A stretch of 60,300 nt of DNA, counting the filler, from Hausera hauseri (taxonomy: Eukaryota): assembly GCA_046269625.1 (NCBI GenBank). It is 9 parts of 9 records of this genome, joined end to end, with 100 filler letters (N's around TTAATTAATTAA, not from the genome) between each part and the next. Parts side by side here need not be neighbours in the genome. Positions count along the whole stretch, not along the records: positions 44,546 to 50,655 come from JBJURY010139205.1; positions 50,756 to 55,187 come from JBJURY010585111.1; positions 55,288 to 60,300 come from JBJURY010361818.1; 6 more parts are not named here. One strand, written 5' to 3'. Under the pieces are notes generated by a model that was not told the origin of the DNA, did no database searches, and saw only the letters and a program-made list of their open reading frames with translations. Position 1 is the first letter of the stretch, and each line of letters starts with the position of its first letter. This document shows positions 46,745 to 60,300 of the stretch, piece by piece. A program made the translations under genes and the position numbers.

Positions 46745-49490
46745 AGGTGGGGTGATGTGAGATGAGCCGAATTAAGTTACAGAAAACAAACTTCAGCAAG
46801 TTGCAGTAAATGACCATTTCCGTCCAATTTTGGTTTCTTGACGTGATGCTTTCGCCGATGCAATCAAACCGCGCCGAGAACTGCGACAGTAAACTGTTGC
46901 CGATGCACGAAAGACTTATTTAATTTCCCTTTCAACGGTTTGTGTGTGGCATGGATAGTTGGGCACTTCCACTGGACCGTACTCAGACATTCTCTGTAAT
47001 TCTTCATCAGAGACACAGTGAAGAATGGATGGTAGAATGATTGTTGAAGTGGACCAGTCAATAACTGATCTGCATCAAAGTTCAATAAACTATTGGTTTT
47101 AGAGAACTTTCTAATACAATCTGCAACCTGGGCTTTCTTTGCTGAAATAACTGTCTGAACGGCTTTTTGTCTAAAAGTATGTCTTCATCTGTCAGACACA
47201 AGAGAAGCACATTTTCAGGATGGGCGAAACTGTTCCGTTTCAACGAGTTTCTGACAGCTGTGCATATAGTTTCATCATACAAGTTTCTGGATCTTTCAAG
47301 AATAAAGAAGAAACTACGTGCTCCATAACACCAGTAAGGATGAGTCTTTATTTCAAACCAGCCTGCAGCATACACTGTCACAATAAACTGTATAAACTTA
47401 ATCAATTCAGCTGATGGGTTTATTGAATTTGTGTATAAACACAGTACTCTGTTTGCCAGAGTAAGCCATCTTGAATGACACAGAACACCAGATGAAACTA
47501 TTCAGAAATTGGATATCATCTGGATCAGCACAGCTCTAGCCTTGGTGAAGTGCTAAACAAGCTCGTAACATGTAGTGCTGATCTTCACTTAAATCTTGTT
47601 TGATTTCCAGTTGTATATCTCTTGTCTTGCCTTCAACAGCAGAGAAAGCAACAATGGGTAATGCACATGGATCGAAGTTTAGACATCTTCCAGTGGAACC
47701 ACTCATCGCTCGCGGCCCTGCTGTGTCCATCAATAACCTTGAATACTTCCCGGAATGGAAGTTCATTCAAGTGCAGCAAGCACATGAGTCACTGTACTGG
47801 GTGTTTGAGACTTTGCTCTAGCAGCCTGATGACACCATTGTGCTCATCAGTGTTAACGTTTGTGCTGTCGGATCCTACTGCGCACAAACTGTCGACTGAT
47901 GCAGTGCTGTTTAAAACGGACATGATCTCTTGCAATGTCCTCTGGTCTTTTACTCTGCGGAGAAACGTGGTCAACATACTCTCCCTTAGGAAACGACACT
48001 ACCACATAGTGTTCCTTTCTTAGTTCGCTGAAGGCTTTCAGACAGCAACAACCTTGTATCGTCTACTCTTCCATCAAATACAATACAGGTCAATCTACAC
48101 TGGCTAGTAAGTCTTGCAGCGACCTCTTTGTTTCTGAACAGATTTCGTTGTCTCCTGAGTTTCGTCTATTCTAACAGGTTTTGCGGATTGTACAGTTCCA
48201 TGTCCAGTAAGTAGGCATTAATTAATTTTTAGGCGTCCCGATTACTTACGCCTGTTATCTCTATCATTTGACACAGATCTGGACATTGATTTCTCTTTCG
48301 CGCATTAGGCACCGGTTCTCTGCCACATGTGTCATCAAGGCTGTTACTTTCAGTTGCATATTCATCACTTGACGTTTCATCAAAACTTATGTCACCAAGT
48401 CGCAAAGGTTTACTGTATTCACCTTAAACTGCATCACTTAGTGCTATACAATCAGACGATTTTGTGGGATGAGTAGATTGCTTCAAGTTGTAATCTTCCT
48501 ATCTACATTTTCTTTCAGTCCTTCGCCATAATTTATTAGTGAATTTGCGATCAACGGACACTATTACCATTCTCCGCTCACATTTATGATGCAGCCAAAA
48601 TTCCCATTCTATTGCAGGAACCTTAACCTTTCACTTGCGCGGCAACCGATCACGTATTCCTGTGCTTACACATTTGTAAGGGTGAATGTCAAAGAGTTCA
48701 ATAAAGCTTTTTTCTTCCGCTTGAAACAATTTGGAAATTTTCCTCGAATCTGAGTATTTTTCCAAGTCTTTACTTTTCTGCATAAGTCGCTTCAGGCTGT
48801 TCAGAATACTTAAGAGCTATTGTTGGAATACTTTCTTGATTCAAAATATTTATTGTATTTTCAGCAACTCGCTTTATTATATCAGATGAACTAATAATCT
48901 TATAATCCTTACGAATCATATGATGACGATACCACTTGTACCACTTAAACACATCAAGTTTAGTTGGCAACTGACGATCAGACAATATCTCAGACTGACC
49001 AAACACAGAGTTTGACGTATCCTTCCTTGAACAAACTTAAGAAACAACTGACATTACTGATGTAGTTGGCAAAAGTAAATTTAGACGATCAAAAATGATC
49101 AAACATACAGCAGATTTCGGGAAATCAAATATGGCAATTTTTGAAGTTTAAATGTAATTTCAATCTATTTTATAATGAAAGTGGTACTAATTTTGCTTCC
49201 AACTGTAAATTTAATAAAATGTATCAACTGCATCAAAAAGACTTCATGCATTAATTACTGTGAAATATCTGTGTAAATGTGTACGTACTAGAATGCTTTA
49301 GTAGTGCTAGTAGTCTAGGCCATGCATGTAAATGAAAACTAACAAATCTCAAGGAATGTAAATTTTCAGTAAAGGGTGGGACCCTCCAGTATGTTTCAAA
49401 ACTCATAAAATTTTGTCACAATATTGACAAAACATTGGAGAAACTTTTATAAGTATAGCCAGCATATGCCGATATTTTTGCCCAGCCCTA
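46745..49490 (-). mobile_element. Decayed DDE DNA transposon, probably Sola2-like
   Basis: QLPTKLDV..SIPTI; FDGR; AVGSDSTNVNT..NGVIRLLEQSLKHPVQ; CLLHLNELPFR; HSRWLTLANRVL; AHPENVLL; PCHTQTVE. Ends are approximate and the superfamily call is from memory. Confidence 0.7.
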
Positions 49491-49567
49491 TTGAATACAT
49501 AAAATAGTAATTTTGTAATGACTAATGGGAATATCTTTTTTACATTTAACTGCTTAAACAAAGTGTT

Positions 49568-49848
49568 TCAATAGTGATGTACAATTGCACTGGTTAAGTT
49601 GTCACTCACAATACATTGAACAGCATTATGATCTAATCCAGATTTCCAATCACCAAGTTTCGGCAGAGCATCTTCGAGTGTCAAAATTGTTGATGAACCA
49701 ACTTTTCCACATGTGTGGTTTTTCAGCTGTTTCATAAGAGTTGTTTTGTTAATTTCGTACATATTCACGGGTTTTATGACATTCTACTATTTTTAACATC
49801 GGATATTGCTAATTTTATAGCTTCTTTACTATAACCATGTTTTCAGAC
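49568..49848 (-). mobile_element. pogo/Tigger-like transposase N-terminal remnant (psq HTH + CENP-B HTH)
   Basis: YSKEAIKLAISDVKNSRMS, a frameshift, then YEINKTTLMKQLK..GSSTILTLED. Confidence 0.62.
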
Positions 49849-50289
49849 ATTTTTTTATCCTATTTTAGTTTCGTGTCATAGCTATTTTGAAATAGTAAGG
49901 TAAATATCCTACAGAATACAATACAAATTCAACAAATGTATATGAAAACGGTAGCAGTATATTACATACAAATGCATTACACATGTGTCAAAGTTACCCC
50001 AATTAGAGAAAACGTTGTATATACACAAAATGTATTTAGTTCATATCAAACGTTATTACTTTTAAACATGAAAACATTATCATGGTATCCAAAAAGTTCG
50101 TGGTCATTTCATAAAATATGGTAATGAAAATATACATATAACATGCTTGATTTAGCAGCTGTATATTGCGTTATACCTATTAAAATATTGTTACTGAATT
50201 AATAATGCTGTAGAAACTTAAAACGTTGTTACCTGATTAATTAACAGTGTAGGAATTTCTTAAGGTTGTGACTTAATCATAATATTATG

Positions 50290-50655
50290 TTAATGATCCG
50301 TGAATAAAGTTAATCCGTGATATTCATTATTCTTAAAAGTTTTGAGCGATATATATCAATACAATACTTGATAAGTCATTTCTTGAAAGTGGATGATAAA
50401 TTGGCCGTTCGTGTACTCTTATGCCATTATTGGAGAAAAAGAATTAGTGCTAGAACTGCAGCAGCTGAGATACGTGCGGTTGAGGGGGAAGGTGTGGTGA
50501 GCAAAAGCGCAGCTATCAAATGGCTTGAGAGGTTTAATTCAGTGAATACCCGCATCAATGATCAGCAACGTTATGGAAGACCCTCAACAGTTGATTCCAC
50601 ACAAATAATGAAAGCTATGGAAGAAAATCCCATAACTAGTGTCCGGAGGCTTTCA
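50290..50655 (+). mobile_element. mariner (Mos1-like) 5' end and transposase HTH region, truncated by spacer
   Basis: RVLLCHYWRKRISARTAAAEIRAVEGEGVVSKSAAIKWLERF..DQQRYGRPSTVD..EENPITSVRRLS. Confidence 0.88.
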
Positions 50656-51065
50656 NNNNNNNNNNNNNNNNNNNNNNNNNNNNNNNNNNNNNNNNNNNNT
50701 TAATTAATTAANNNNNNNNNNNNNNNNNNNNNNNNNNNNNNNNNNNNNNNNNNNNTTAAACCCCTGATCGGTATTTTTACTACACTTTCATGTACAAGTA
50801 TTGTTAACCAACCAAAGCGGCGACTATTTAATAATTAAGTTAAAATATAAATTTACATAATTAGAAACCTGTTAATTTACCATAAACTATAAAGCAAATA
50901 TTCGTAATTCAAACAATGGAGCATTATCGATTAACAGTCAAGACAGTAAATCACACTTTATAAAATTTGATATTATGCAGGTTAATAAATTATACTTATT
51001 GGAATTCAAATTGTGTTCCAGTATGTTCCAGAAATTAGAAACGAATCGTTGTGTGGCTTCTAGAA

Positions 51066-51283
51066 ATAAGGAATCACCGCATTTCTGGAATTAATAAATC
51101 ACCGCATTTTTGGAATCAATAAATCACTGCAATTATGAAATCGATAAATCACTGCATTTCTGAAATTAATTTAAGAAATTGAACTGTCAATAAATCATTG
51201 AATAATATCTTTGAAATCGATTTAGGAAATTGAGTTGACAATAATAATAAATCACCACGTTATGGCTAGTATATAAACTAGCC
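51066..51283 (+). repeat. 25-bp tandem repeat (about 4 copies plus degenerate copies) followed by a TATA-containing hairpin
   Basis: AATAAATCAC(C/T)GCATTT(C/T)TG(G/A)AAT(C/T) units at ~51068, 51093, 51118, 51143; GGCTAGT-ATATAA-ACTAGCC at 51264-51283. Confidence 0.8.
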
Positions 51284-53491
51284 GCAGTCACAAAACAACA
51301 ACAATTAGAAACTTAAACCTGACAATTTTATACGTACCAGACGATCTTGTAGCGAATATTCTATCTATTTCGAAAACTACTAATTATAAGAAATTAGATA
51401 CAAGTAGTTCTTAATTGGTTAAACACAAATCATATTTTACGTCAGTTAGCTTTTATCTCGAAAGTTTTGAAACCTTGTGAGAAATAACATCATTACGATA
51501 TTATTATTCGAGAACGAATTTCCTCCTGAGTTTGTAGCACCAAGTATTGGTAAATTTTGAGAATTATAAACATCAGTCAATTAAGTACAATTAGAGAAAG
51601 AATTCGATAGTACACACAGAAATCAAAGAAAGGATATCTTCCGTAAGATTGTCGAGAGCATTAAGATCATCTGTAATTTATTAATCAAACTTGATCAATA
51701 TTTATTACCATGAATGTACTTGAAGCAAACGGTTCAGAATCACAACAGGAATCAAATAATGGTAATAATATATTGAAATTTTTATATTTTATAAATAAAT
51801 GAGTATTCAATTGCCGCTGACTAACCTGTATTGTTTTGTTTAATAAACATATTCACTGAAATGTAATGAGCAAATCTGTTGATTGTGATGAAATGAGTCT
51901 TCATGAATTAGCAGATAGAATTTACAGTACGTGAAGTAAAGAATGGACCAAAAAGCCTATCAGTGTTTCGTGGTTATCTATGAATGATGGGTTTTAATAC
52001 TCTTTCAGACGACCGATTTATTCGTAGGTCGATGATCATTATGAAAGTGGTAGGAGTGACGATTAAAGGTTGATATGTATGTGTGTCGATGAATGAATGA
52101 TGAATGCAAGCAAATCTCTTCCGTCCTCAACCGAACATCCGTATATGTCAAAAAATTAAATAGGATAAAAGCCTTATTTTTGTTATTCTAAAGAGATTCA
52201 AAAATTAACCGACCGGATAAGATTGTTTAAGTTATGAACCTCGAAAGTTTTATCTCCGAGACCTAAGGTTAAATAAAGAAATTAGGACCAATAGCATTCC
52301 TTTGTTGTAATTCAGATGGAAACATTTCCTAGTCTTATAATGAAGGTATATTAAGATCGCATCGATATTTTTATAATATATATGACCTCTAAAATATTGC
52401 AATTAATCCATAACATACTCTCAACAAATGATTGATTATATTCGTGGAAATCAACGACTGTATGATAAATGGATTCGCAAAACTACAGTTATATATTTGA
52501 TGTTAACCTGAAAAAGGGCAAGATTTCAGAGTACACCTAAGATTTAAAAACATTACGAGTGAAACAATTATTATATAGTTACTGTGTGAAAACAAATATG
52601 AATTCAGTTATCACTGAGGAACAGAAATGAGTTGATAGTATATCTCAATATGGAGCACGTATATTACAAAGAAATTAACACCATCTCCAATGGATAGATA
52701 CTGTACTAGTCTATAATCTTAACAGGACATATAAGGTTAAACTGGGTTAATAGTAAACTATTACTACTGTACAAACTACTAAATAGATCAGATCATAATC
52801 ATATAATTAAGAAGAAAGAACTAAAGTTTGCGTATTATGAGATCTCACAATAACTGATAACCCTAGTATTACATTTTAAGAAAGTACATCCTTTGCATTA
52901 TCGCCTATCACTTAATCTATAGAAATGGGGAATGAATAACTAGCATATCGCAGACTCTATCGAAATTTTAAAAACAAATAAAAGAATCATTCGTTATAAT
53001 AACTGTAATTGGCGCAGATAACGTTTAGTTATTAAACCGCCACCGAACTCACCATTACATCTATTCAAATCCATGTTACATCAATTTAGACAGAATAATT
53101 TATATGTTGGAGACGGAGACGCAATAGTGTTTGTCCTTTATCACACCATACGCATGATCTTTGGCCCACGCTACCATAATTAATATCATAGCCCGTGCTA
53201 ACATACTTAATATCATTGCCAACACTGGTGCCCCAAGTGACAAAATCACCCATTATTTTAGATAAATGTGAAGAATTAATTAGAAAAGTACTTGTATTCA
53301 ATTAGAAGAACATTACGCTCAGTATACACAAGGAAAAGAAATTATAAATCATTGTAACATGAGAAGAACAAATAATATTAATAGTATATTTAGCTTAGGA
53401 AATGAGGTTACAGCGATGTGTAGAGGATATTGATAAAGAAATTTAAATAGATATGTTACTGACTGGGAAATTATTATTATTATATCTTATA

Positions 53492-55030
53492 GATGTACGC
53501 CAATATTATGCAGAATGTCAAATTTGCCTTAGCGAATTTGGACTCAAATATGCGTTGTTCCGTTGTACACACTATATGTGTACTAAATGCGCAGATACTT
53601 GGTTACCAAAACACCAGAATTACCCCTTTTGTCGTCGCAAGACGACAAGTTACAAATGCTGGGACACTACCGTAGTAGTGTTTCTGCATGAGGAGGAAAA
53701 ATCAGTTGGAAAAAATTTTCAACCAGTTTTCTTGGTAGGACCAGGAGGCACCTTACATATGCTGATATAAAGAAACAATCCCAGACTTGTGTATAATGTT
53801 GTTAATACTGAATAAAATGTAATAGTTGACTATCGGATTGAGATAGAAAATATATTGGGTCAGAGAAGTTATAAATGGAATAACAGCGTGTATTAATAAT
53901 AGAAAGAGAATACTATTAATTTAGATGTTGTAGCAGTAAACGTATTTATGAACATTTTTTTCAGTGTGTGGTGTGCCGCAAAAATATCTAGTGGATCCGG
54001 AGGAAAGTAATCCTTGCCCATTGTGCAATTTTGTTAGAAATCTGGGTCGGAAAGATCATCAGTTCAGATGTAATGATTGTGACGAAATTGTCGAGTTGAG
54101 CATTGCCACTCTAGATGAAAATTGTTTTATTCATGTGCCCAATTTACACGTTGGCCCGGAGGATATTGACGAAATAAACATACTATTTAAAATGAATGAT
54201 CAGTAGATAAATTGTTATATGTAATAAATGTTTAATTAAAGAAATTATGATAATTTGGAAATTGACTATCTATATTTTATAGAAATTTGTTTCATTTGCA
54301 TGGAAGATTTGATATCTGAATCAATTACCTTGTCTTGTGACCACCGATATTGCCAAAATTGTCCAGACAAACCACCTGCTCTTCTTGCAGGAGAACATGT
54401 ACATTTTTTCCAGTGTGCCTCAAACTAGTGATGGATGTATTTGCGACTCTCCCTTGTCAACATGTCCTTTGTTCAACTTGTGCAATTGTTCACTTGGAAA
54501 TTCGTCGAACATGTTCTATGTTCTATGAATATATAGACTTTTATTTCTCGGGAAGAACAGCCGTCTACTTGAATGTGGATAACCGACAATAAAGAACTTT
54601 AATTATAGATGATGACGAAGACAACTTGCCTGATGAGTGGAGGAATCCCGGGACCTATACCATTATTGAATAATAAATTATTTCAAATACGAACTGTTGA
54701 TAAATATAATAAAGATGCTTTGTCCTCAAAAGAACTAAAGTTGACTTTATACTAGAATACCTTTGCCCAATACATAGAGAATACATGCCACATTACGAAC
54801 TCAAGGATACTGACTCCCACGTAATAATGAATACTCATTCCATTTACAATCACTAAGGAACGTTCACGCCCACAGGATCCACCTCTACTATCTGTTTGAG
54901 TCCATATTCAATCGATCATGTTACATTAGCAAAATGCCAACATGAATTCTGCCGCACCATCTTTAAAGAATGGCTTAAAGTGTCAGTGTCATGTCCAGTG
55001 TGTCGAAGTAGCAGCAGAATATGTAAAAAT
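53492..55030 (+). pseudogene. Cluster of at least four C3HC4 RING-finger modules plus one Cys-rich module
   Basis: CQIC..CTHYMCTKC..YPFCR; CFICMED..CDHRYCQNC../CSSCR; VCLK..PCQHVLCSTC..CSMF; ICLSPY..CQHEFCRT..WL..CPVCR. Several modules follow pyrimidine-rich AG acceptors. Confidence 0.78.
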
Positions 55031-55499
55031 GGACACAAATATTATACTATAAAAAGACTATAGATAAATAAGGACTTGCATTATGTTATTGATATTAATA
55101 GAGTATGATGATGACATGCTTAAATACAAATACAAATATTTTAGCTAATATCGAGATACCGGTAATTAAAAATACAGAATTTTGAATNNNNNNNNNNNNN
55201 NNNNNNNNNNNNNNNNNNNNNNNNNNNNNNNTTAATTAATTAANNNNNNNNNNNNNNNNNNNNNNNNNNNNNNNNNNNNNNNNNNNNACTTATGTGTGCT
55301 TTGAATTTGATGAATTGGATATCGAAGATTTGTACATTCTCGTGGGATATTCAACATTTCTTTCCGATGAGATTGTAACGTTGAATGAATATAAATTGTC
55401 TAATTTTATGTATGATAATAATCTGTTTCCCGAGTATTTTATCGAAGAGAACCTGATTTATTTCGGTAGTAATGGAATGATTTTTAAATCGAAAATAAT

Positions 55500-57480
55500 C
55501 GGTGGTTATGCTAGGTTTATGAATAATTGTGTTCCAAAGTTGCGGTTATTTCATCTGGAAATCCGTACCATTTGCACGATCTATCGGCGTCTCTCTGGAT
55601 GGTCTTGGCGAATGTGCAAAAATTATTTTTATACCTGCACAACCTGAGAAGTTTTCCATACTGGTTTTTATACATTTTGCACACTACTTTGAATGCGTTT
55701 CCTGGATAAACTATATATATCGATGGCATTATGCTTATAATTATTAGCCACAAGGTTCAAGTGATTTCATAATTCTGAGTTTCACAAAATACCAGTTGAG
55801 CCGTTTATCCAAAATCGGCGGATCAGGAAAAGTAATTTCAACAAAATTTTGCGAGGGAGTCACTTTAGGTATTTTTGGTCCTCGTTTTGTAGTAGTATAC
55901 ATGACTGGTCTCCCGGATTGTTTCAGTGATACTGAAACTGTTGTCGTGAACTACTCGTTCATCTTTGGTACCGGCCAGACAATTTAGCAGCACTACAGCA
56001 GATATATTTATCCAGTCAACTCCCCCTAATCGGAAGTCATTTTGAATATCTCATCATTCAGTTAAAAACTCGCAACAAATCTTGGTTATTAATTGGAAAG
56101 TCGGTCCTTCAAGCTCCACAGTGGCATGTTTTTGATGTTTCATGGCGTTTCGATGATGGTTTGCAAATGTACTTGGATGGTGTTTTAATGGGCCATGTAA
56201 TGACTGCTACAGCGGAGTTCATGTATTCTAGTAATAAGAACACACAACTGGTAGTTGGGTTACATTATTCTAAATCGGTTATCCAATATGCATCCATTAT
56301 CGTAGATGACCTTAAATCCGTTGCTGCAAATCGAACAAATTTAGCTTGAGATGAAACATGGACGATGTTTATTATCAATTGAAACATAATTTCGGATTTA
56401 TCGAAAATACGAATGTTGTCATAACCGTAGGTGTTGTTGGCCTAATGGGTTCTTCTGACAACGCCCAGGTTTCGTTGGTACTTCCAGCATGTTTCAATCA
56501 GATTGTTAAAGGATGTAACAACTGCTTTTCCATTAGATTTTGGATACGATTTACCGATCTAAAGTCCAATGTTTTTACTTTTCAGATCATTCGACTAGTT
56601 GTTTTGAAATATACTTTTAAAGTAGAAATTTGTGAGAAAACCTCCAAAAACATAATCATGTTTCCGTGTGGATTTGCCAGTTTACGAATGACACGGAAAC
56701 GGCCGTTCATTGAATTGTCTTGGGATGATGACGAAGGTCTTTTAATCTGGTTGAATCGGGCTAATATTTTGTGTCAATATGATTTAAACAAACGATCTTC
56801 AAAACTGTTTCCTAAAGCCTTAATTTTCTCAACGACCTTCATGGGATTTGTTGATGAAATCAAAGCGTACAAGAACAGATTGTCTGTCCGGTATTGGAAC
56901 AAAGTTATCGACGGGTCAGTAGTAACGAAACTGTTGGGACGAATCAAAGAGAACGACGAGCAAACTCGTTTGATATCAAAAATGTCCCAAATCATAAAAT
57001 CAGAACCACCAAAAGATAGTACTGAAGTGGTTGATTCGGTTTTGTTCAACAATTCAAATTACTCATATTATTTGATACTTACCAATTGCTCGAAGGAAAT
57101 ACTTCCAGGAACGTCGGAGGAAATGGAAATCTCAATCAAAACATTCAAACACATCTTCAGTGGAATTATTTGGACGTTTAATACATCAAAAGCAAAGACT
57201 ACGGTTATGTTAAAAAATTGTCAACTAAGTTTCTCTCGAGTTTATACGATCAACGTACAAAACAAAACTGGACGAATAACAGAAGAAGAGCTTAGATTAC
57301 TTATAACTGCTGGTAATTTGTATAAAACTCCAGGTCAAGCAGAAGACGGGTGCCGAACATTATACGCAAATGTTTCCTTGACGCTTAACAAAACTTATAA
57401 CATCCGGAGTATATGTTTCTCGAACGAAGTTCTGTCAAATAAAATTCTGGATTTTTCCTTTGTTTTGTTTTTTTTGTTCA
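55500..57480 (+). pseudogene. LamG/pentraxin-like (concanavalin-fold) repeat protein, partly disrupted
   Basis: QWHVFDVSWRFDDGLQMYLDG; CFNQIVKGCNNCFSIRFWIRF; ELSWDDDEGLLIWLN; GFVDEIKAY. Includes most of the 454-aa ORF. Confidence 0.55.
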
Positions 57481-57574
57481 AGCTTTTCTCATGGTCTATA
57501 GCACACACAATATTATCTCTAACTCCTTTAACTATCTTTAATCCCTATGGTGTATTTTTATCTGACGGAGATTG

Positions 57575-60300
57575 TTTTGTTTCGGCGATACGGCGTTGTC
57601 GTGGTGTGGATGCGGCCCTGGTAGGCCGCCCGACAATTGTGGGGCACGTGGTGTGTCGGCGTGCCGCACTGTCCACCCGGCTAACTACTACCACCATTTT
57701 CCATTTTCTGTTTTTTGAATAATACTTTGGTACAGACCCTATACTTTACAAAACATATACACCTTACCCTCTTATACGACCACATCCGCAGAATAATTCA
57801 TATATCGGATTTTTACCTGACCCATAATGGATAGACTTTTACAAGTTTTCAAGACATCACATTTCTGCATTTTTCCTTCGCTTTGACATTAACCCCAAAA
57901 CCCGTGGTGGGATGCTACCTTCATTTATCAACAATACAACAGATAAGGTCAGTACAAAATTTAAACCAGTTGCCTACTACCCCAAAACAATCAACAAAAC
58001 CTCCTTAACTGATCCAATCTTTTTGCCTAAAACAACTCCTATCATACCATCACATTGCACCGAATATTTTATAGACCACGAAAAATCTAGTAAGACATGG
58101 CTTAACTTCCACCAACTCTGGCTACAATCCAATGGCATCACCGATTCACTAACTAAAGCTCATCGTCTGCTTTCTCTCTTACCAAACAGTTAAGACTTTT
58201 CTTCACGACATTTTAGACATTTTTCAACAACCCGACCCGTACATACATCTCTATAACGCAGCCTTAAAACTTACCGAACCCTCTATGGATTCCATAATTT
58301 ATAGATTCTTTAATAATAATGCAATGGGAACACGAAAGCCTTCTGAGTTCCTGCGTACGTCGTTGAGTCACATACAAACGCTATGTGTAAATAGGCAGCA
58401 TAATTCAGATCTTCTGCGTCGATATTTCTTAAACGCCTTGCCTATACAAATTAGGGCACTTCTTTCCGTTGTCAAGGAATCTACGGCGTTGGATAAATTG
58501 GTGGAATTGGCTGATAAAGCACATAAAGTGCTACAATTGACTTCCCAACCAATTGTATCAGCAGCGGTCACAACAAGCGACAATCAACTCAACACAACTA
58601 TAGAGCAACAGTTGAGCCAATTACACGCTAAAAATTTAGCACTACAACAGACAATAAATAACATTAATAATAGATTGAACGATTTTTCATTACCACGACG
58701 AAACGTTCCTATTCATAATCATACTCATTCTGTTTCTAGAAACAGGTCACCATCGCCTACACGATTTTTTGTGTGCTATTATCATAGCAAATTTCACAAT
58801 AAAGCTAATAAATGCTGTTTAGGTTGGAGATATTACACTCCAAATTTACATTCAGACAAGATCGTTTGCATCTACCATACGAAATTTGGATTCCTCGCCC
58901 AGAAACGTCTTTCAGGCTGCTACTATAAGAACAACACTAACCATACTACCGATAAACGTTCTACTTCCCCTAGTAATAATCGGCCAATCTCACTAATTCA
59001 TAAAACTAATTTTGCCGCCAGTACTCACGGCAGAGTCTGGCACAGGCAACTTCTCTAATGCTACCTGTCGACACACTTCTTTTGCAGTCTTTACACTAAA
59101 GACTTCGATAACCACACCAATAACTCAATCCATAGATTTTCTTATTGACACAGGCGCTGCGGTTTCTTTGCTACCACTCACTTTCCATGTAAAAAATTCA
59201 CCATTCAAAGCTAAATCGTTATTTACGGCTTCAGGAGAACCGCTAGACATTTCGGGTACATCTAAATTGTCGTTCACCTTACCAAACGTTCAGTCAACAT
59301 TTCATTGGACGTTTACCGTCGCTAACGTCCGCACAGCAATCCTAGGTTCGGATTTCTTATAACACTATAATCTTTTAGTTGATTGCAAACAACAATGTCT
59401 GAAACGTAACACTACTGGATATCTTACCAAGCGAATAAATAGTATATCCACTAAGGCGCAAACGATTTTCCCGCGGAAACCTATACTCAAAAATCCTGTA
59501 AGTAATCCAAACCTCTTCAACAAGCATCTTTCAATTTGTAAATTTTTTAATGATAATGTCTATATTCAGTCGAAACTTGGTTTTGACAACTACGATTGTA
59601 TTGGTTCAGTACATTCACTAAACAAAATGACCTCTTCAAACACTATTTTTAATACTACTATCCTACACCAAATTCCCCTTGATTTCAATAACTCGCAAAC
59701 ATCACTTGTCACTGCACATATTGACTCAACACCATCACCATCACCCAATCTCTTGCAATTACCTGCAAGTCTACGGCAATACATACACACTTCATGCCCC
59801 CGCTTAATCCAGAAGGACCGAACCTTCACACCTAAAAACGGCACTTTTCATCACATCATAACGCAACACCAAAGTCCTGTTAGTCAAAAGGTACGTCCTT
59901 TGTCACCTCGTCGTAGGCAAGCTGTCGAAGCGAAATTTCAAGACCTTGAACGCTCCGGCATTGTACGAAGATCTAAATCGTCGTAGCCTTCTCATTTACA
60001 CGTTGTCCAAAAAGAATGGATCTTTCAGACCATGCGGTGATTATTGTCAGCTAAACACTTTAATTGTTATGGATGCATACCCTTTACCATTAATTAAGGA
60101 TATCCTGCACCGGCTCAATTCCACTACAATATATTCAACCATAGATCTAGCCAAAGCATATCATAAAATTTCTGTCCATATCATATCAAGGCATACCCGA
60201 GGACATCGAGAAAACTGCCGTTGCGACACCTTTCGGCCTATACGAATACATTTATATGCCTTTTGGTTTACGCAACGCTGCGCAGACTTTCCAACGTCAC
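57575..60300 (+). mobile_element. CsRn1-like Ty3/Gypsy copy E (GC-rich leader, Ubl-gag, PR, RT to window end)
   Basis: FHFLFF..LYDHIRRIIHISDFYLTHNG../FDINPKTRGG then MLPS; MGTRKPSEFL; two CHCC-type motifs; FLIDTGAAVSLLP; DAYPLP; [14 protein letters not shown]. Confidence 0.94.

Noticed and set aside
57480-57722. C-terminal part of the 454-aa ORF as a real host protein
   Set aside because: It reads into the GC-rich leader and Ubl start of Gypsy copy E.

Overview
AT-rich eukaryotic (invertebrate-like) DNA made of nine short contigs joined by artificial 100-bp spacers (44 N + TTAATTAATTAA + 44 N), so adjacency across spacers is not biological. The content is almost entirely decayed mobile DNA and gene relics. 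(1) Six partial copies (A-F) of a CsRn1-like Ty3/Gypsy family. All five copies that retain a gag 5' end carry an apparent ubiquitin-like domain fused in front of Gag and ending in a di-glycine (FRIRGG, FRIRGG, IRISGG, KTRGG; LLDG in one copy). The family also has a doubled CHCC knuckle, a conserved A AAA AAC + pseudoknot frameshift site, a conserved integrase tail motif and short GC-rich LTRs. (2) An unrelated Ty3/Gypsy-type element in which a chuvirus-like glycoprotein lies upstream of protease-RT-RNase H, at the end of a long decayed reading frame that contains a second ubiquitin-like domain. (3) Relics of Penelope, Polinton integrase, Sola2-like, pogo and mariner elements plus a MITE/Helentron-like element. 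(4) Disabled host-gene copies (PPP1R37, an NMD3-KDM5 chimera, a LamG-repeat protein, a Pro/Met-rich fragment), a RING-finger cluster and a 7.8-kb TC/TG compound microsatellite. All family assignments come from motif recognition by eye; no database search was run.
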